In this document: piece after piece, positions 61,056 through 64,000 of the stretch
How the letters are laid out: the number at the start of each line of letters is the position of its first letter
Position numbering within the stretch: position 1 is the first letter of the stretch
Source of the DNA: Torpedo marmorata
Taxonomy: Eukaryota
Assembly (NCBI GenBank): GCA_977017645.1
Contig: OZ360226.1
Location: 124,310,001-124,374,000, forward strand
Direction of reading: 5' to 3'
DNA length: 64,000 nucleotides
The notes under the pieces: model-generated
What the model was told of the DNA's origin: nothing
What the model saw: only the letters and a program-made list of their open reading frames with translations
The model's database searches: none
Translations under genes and position numbers: made by a program

Positions 61056-61140
61056 TGCTCAGCAGAGCAGTCCTACACTACGTCCGGCTCAACAGAGCAG
61101 TCCTACACTGCATCCTGCTCAGCAGCGCAGTCCTATGCAA
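61056..61140 (+). repeat. 30-bp tandem repeat x3 (AQQSSPTL..) in the Gypsy C-terminal tail
   Basis: GCTCA.CAG.GCAGTCCTA repeated three times. Confidence 0.8.
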
Positions 61141-61914
61141 TGTCTGAATGGGGCTCGCCAAAGACTAAGTTCAGAGTCCTTACCACCAACCGAGGAGGAG
61201 GTACTACCCAACAAGGCAAAGAGTCCAGAGAAGTCGCAAAGTATCCCAGCGGATGCTACCTCGCCAAGAAAATCCAAAAGGGAAAGACGTCCTCCAGAAC
61301 GCCTAAGGGACTATGTACAGTGACTTGGCGGCTTAACATGTCATACTTACGTTGTAGGTAATTATGATTCTCACCATTAGTTCATGTGCACCACGTAGTT
61401 ATCGTAGTTTAGTATAAGTGCTGCCTATATGTTATTTTCACGAAGCATTTATTTTGTGGGGAGGGGGGGGAAAAGAGTGTTGTGAATATACGCCTGCGTG
61501 CGTATGACGTCATCACGCCCGGCGTGTGATGTCATCACGTATATATATTGTGTGCTGCGGGGGAACCATTTTAGAACTACGATAAAGAATGAATGAAGCA
61601 TCACGACTCCGTCTGGTAGTGTATTTCTAAGCCTAGAATACACAACAGTAGCGATTCAAAATAAATATAAAAATAGTTTTCGGGTTTCTAGGATTGTTCA
61701 ATAGTCTCACTGCCGACAGGAAGAAGCTGTTTCCCAGTCTGGCAGTCCTGGTTTTTAATGTTCCTTTACTTCTTTCTTGAAGGTGGCGTCTCAAAGATAC
61801 TGTGGGCTGGATGGTAAGGGTCCTCAATGATTCCCTGAGCCTCTTTAAGTACCGCTCCCTGTAAATATCATTGATAGGAAAGGCAAGAAAGGCAGCAGGG
61901 ATTTTTTTTTTTTT

Positions 61915-63240
61915 AAAAGACCAGTGAGCCTAACTTCAGTGATGGGGAAACCATGGAAAGATTTCTTAGGGAAAGGATTAATATATGCATGGAATACTCA
62001 AAAATAGTCAACATGGCTTTGTTGCAGAAAATCCTTGCTGACCAATTGGAATTTTTCAAAAAGTTAGCAAAATGTACTGCTAATGGCAAATTGGTTAAAG
62101 TCATCCACATGAACTTCAGTAGCACCGGGAGTACTGTGAACAGTTTTGGTCTCCTTACTTAAGAAAATATAGTTTTAGTGGTGTTGCAGAGGGGGTTAGC
62201 CTATGAGGAGGGATTGGGTCAGCCAGGACCATACTTGCTGGAGTTTAGAAAAATGTGAGGGGATCTTACAGAAACATGTACAATTATGAAAAGGATAGAA
62301 AAGAAATTTGATTCCACTGGTAGGTGAGACTTGAACTTGGGAACATAGCCTTAAGATTTTGGGCAGTAGATTTAGAATGGAGAGGAGGATCTGCTTTTCC
62401 CAGAGAGTTGTGAACCTGTGGAATTCTCTACCCAAGAAAGCAGTGAAGGTTGCTTCACAAAATAAATTTGACATTCAGATTTTTGAATAGTAGGGAAATT
62501 AAGGATTATGGGAAAAGGCAGGTAGATGGAGCTGAGTCAATGGTCAGATCAGCCAGATCCTTATTCAATGGTGGAGGTCCTTTACTGACATCCCACATTG
62601 AGTTCAATTGCAAAAGATAAGAGTCCATGGGATTCAGGGAAAATTAGATTCAAATTGGCTTGATAATAGGAGGCATTGGGTGATGGTGTAGGTTGCTTTA
62701 GTGATTGGAAGACACTACCAGCAGTGTACCACAGGGATCAATGCTGGGACTCTTACTATTATGTACATTAACATTTTAGATGTGAATGTCAGAAGTAAGT
62801 TTAGTAACTTTGCAGATGAGATGAAAATTGATGGTGTTGTTGATAGTGAGGTGGGTAGCCCCATGATACCCTATGATTGGTTGATAAGGTAGGCAGAGCT
62901 CAAAGTGCAAGGTCGTGCACTTTGCGAGGACTAAGAAAGTCAGCATATATAAAGTGAATGGTGCAGTGTCAAGGAACAGTGGTACCTTAGTGTACAAGTC
63001 CGAGCATCTCTGAAGATGGCAGTTCGGGTCAATATTGTGGAAAAGAAGGCATACAGGTACCTGCCTTTATTATTAAGGACTGGAACACAAGAGCAGGTCC
63101 TGGATTCTGTCATTTTTTGGAACATTCCTCTTGCATCTAATAGATCCATTTTGTTGATATCTATGAGATCCACTCTCAATTTCCTGAACTCCAATGAATA
63201 AAAGCCTAATTGAATCAACCTCTCTTCATGTGTCAATCCT
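61915..63240. mobile_element. Cluster of old CR1 fragments (mostly +, last one -)
   Basis: SQHG-like, QRVVNLWN-like and SNFADEMKIDGVV segments; minus-strand LGFYSLEFRKLRVDLI. Confidence 0.65.
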
Positions 63241-64000
63241 CCCACAAAAGAACATTGCAATAACCTGAACAACCACTTAAGATTTGTTTATTTATTGAGC
63301 AATAAATTTGCAAATGAAAAATGTTTCAACCAAAAGCATACTGTACAGCAACTGGAAAAAATATCATGGCTCATAAGTAAGTATTTCTAATGGATATAAT
63401 TAGTTGTAATGTACAGTTGATCTACTCAAATCATTGACCTTTTGGTCATTTTTTGACTGAGGATTATCACTAATTCCACAGCCAAAACCCACAGTAGGAA
63501 CAACGTTCATTAAGTTAATCACACAAGTGTTACAATCCTGGTCTGAAATTTGGCTGAAAATTCCTATAATAACTTTAAAGTAAAATGAGGAACACAATTT
63601 TATCAGGATAGGGTCCTCGTTATTTCTCTGGTAAAGGACCAATAAGATGTCTCATTATTGTTATAAATTTAATATGTATAAAGGTTTCAATTCTGTTAAT
63701 GAGAGTTGAATCATGACATGCTCATGTATAAAACATTAAAGAGGAATGTGAATGCAGCAAGCAGCTAGGTTATATTGATGAGTCTTTATTCTGCACAATG
63801 AAGCAGCAGGGTTTGAAATCATTATTTTGTGTACAATGTGTCATAACTCTACCATGCTCGAGGTGATTTGAAAAGAGTTGAGGTTTTTGCTCTGGTAAGA
63901 AGGTGGAAAATCAGAAAGCCAATCACGTCACCTACAAGCTGACTACAGAGCATGCTGTAGAGCAGAATGCATGTGAAATTTGGGGAAAGCACAAAAGGAT

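Larger units (their letters stand above)
56010..61323 (+). pseudogene. Gypsy gag-pol, multiply frameshifted
   Basis: CFRCRKSNH..C, CHLCDKEGHIIAKC, LDTGAAVS, RICGDYK, MPYGISAAP, YLDD, ETDNKPL, ADALS, LHNNHPG, VSDNGLQF, SAPYHPSMNGEAER. Confidence 0.9.
55719..61647 (+). mobile_element. Gypsy LTR retrotransposon, degenerate, with short LTRs; contains L1 and Penelope insertions
   Basis: LTRs 55719-55872 and 61478-61647 (TGTTGTG...CACAACA); 5-bp TSD GTAGC; PBS TGGCGACGAGGAT (tRNA-Ser-like); PPT GGGGAGGGGGGGGAAAAGAG. Confidence 0.93.
55590..61870 (-). mobile_element. Rex/L2-like LINE 3' remnant (55590-55718 and 61648-61870) split by a Gypsy element
   Basis: ORF 61633..61827 has TRTARLGNSFFLSAVRLLN, like the Rex1 C-terminus (SFFPAAIRFLN); tail-like sequence near 55595-55620. 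Confidence 0.6.

Overview
Eukaryotic, repeat-dense DNA with no host exon that I could support. The repeat mix (CR1, Rex1/Babar-type LINEs, fish-type L1, Neptune-type Penelope, HE1-like V-SINEs) suggests a cartilaginous fish; this is inference. Most of the window is nested retroelements, many with readable target-site duplications (TSDs): five L1 insertions, a Penelope element plus short hammerhead-like terminal copies, two Gypsy elements (one Gmr1-type with integrase before RT and its RT deleted), a class III ERV-L-like remnant, a 5S-derived SINE and several MITEs. The standout is a young BEL/Pao LTR element (45810-51951, minus) with apparently identical 682-bp LTRs and a 5-bp TSD. It carries one intact 1318-codon ORF: an SAFB/SLTM-like SAP domain, then BEL Gag and protease. 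In place of RT/RNase H/integrase is a coiled-coil segment that resembles the host protein MIPOL1. This looks like a recently mobilised non-autonomous retroelement carrying captured host-gene pieces in frame. All protein-family and host-gene similarities are recognised from memory, not from database searches.
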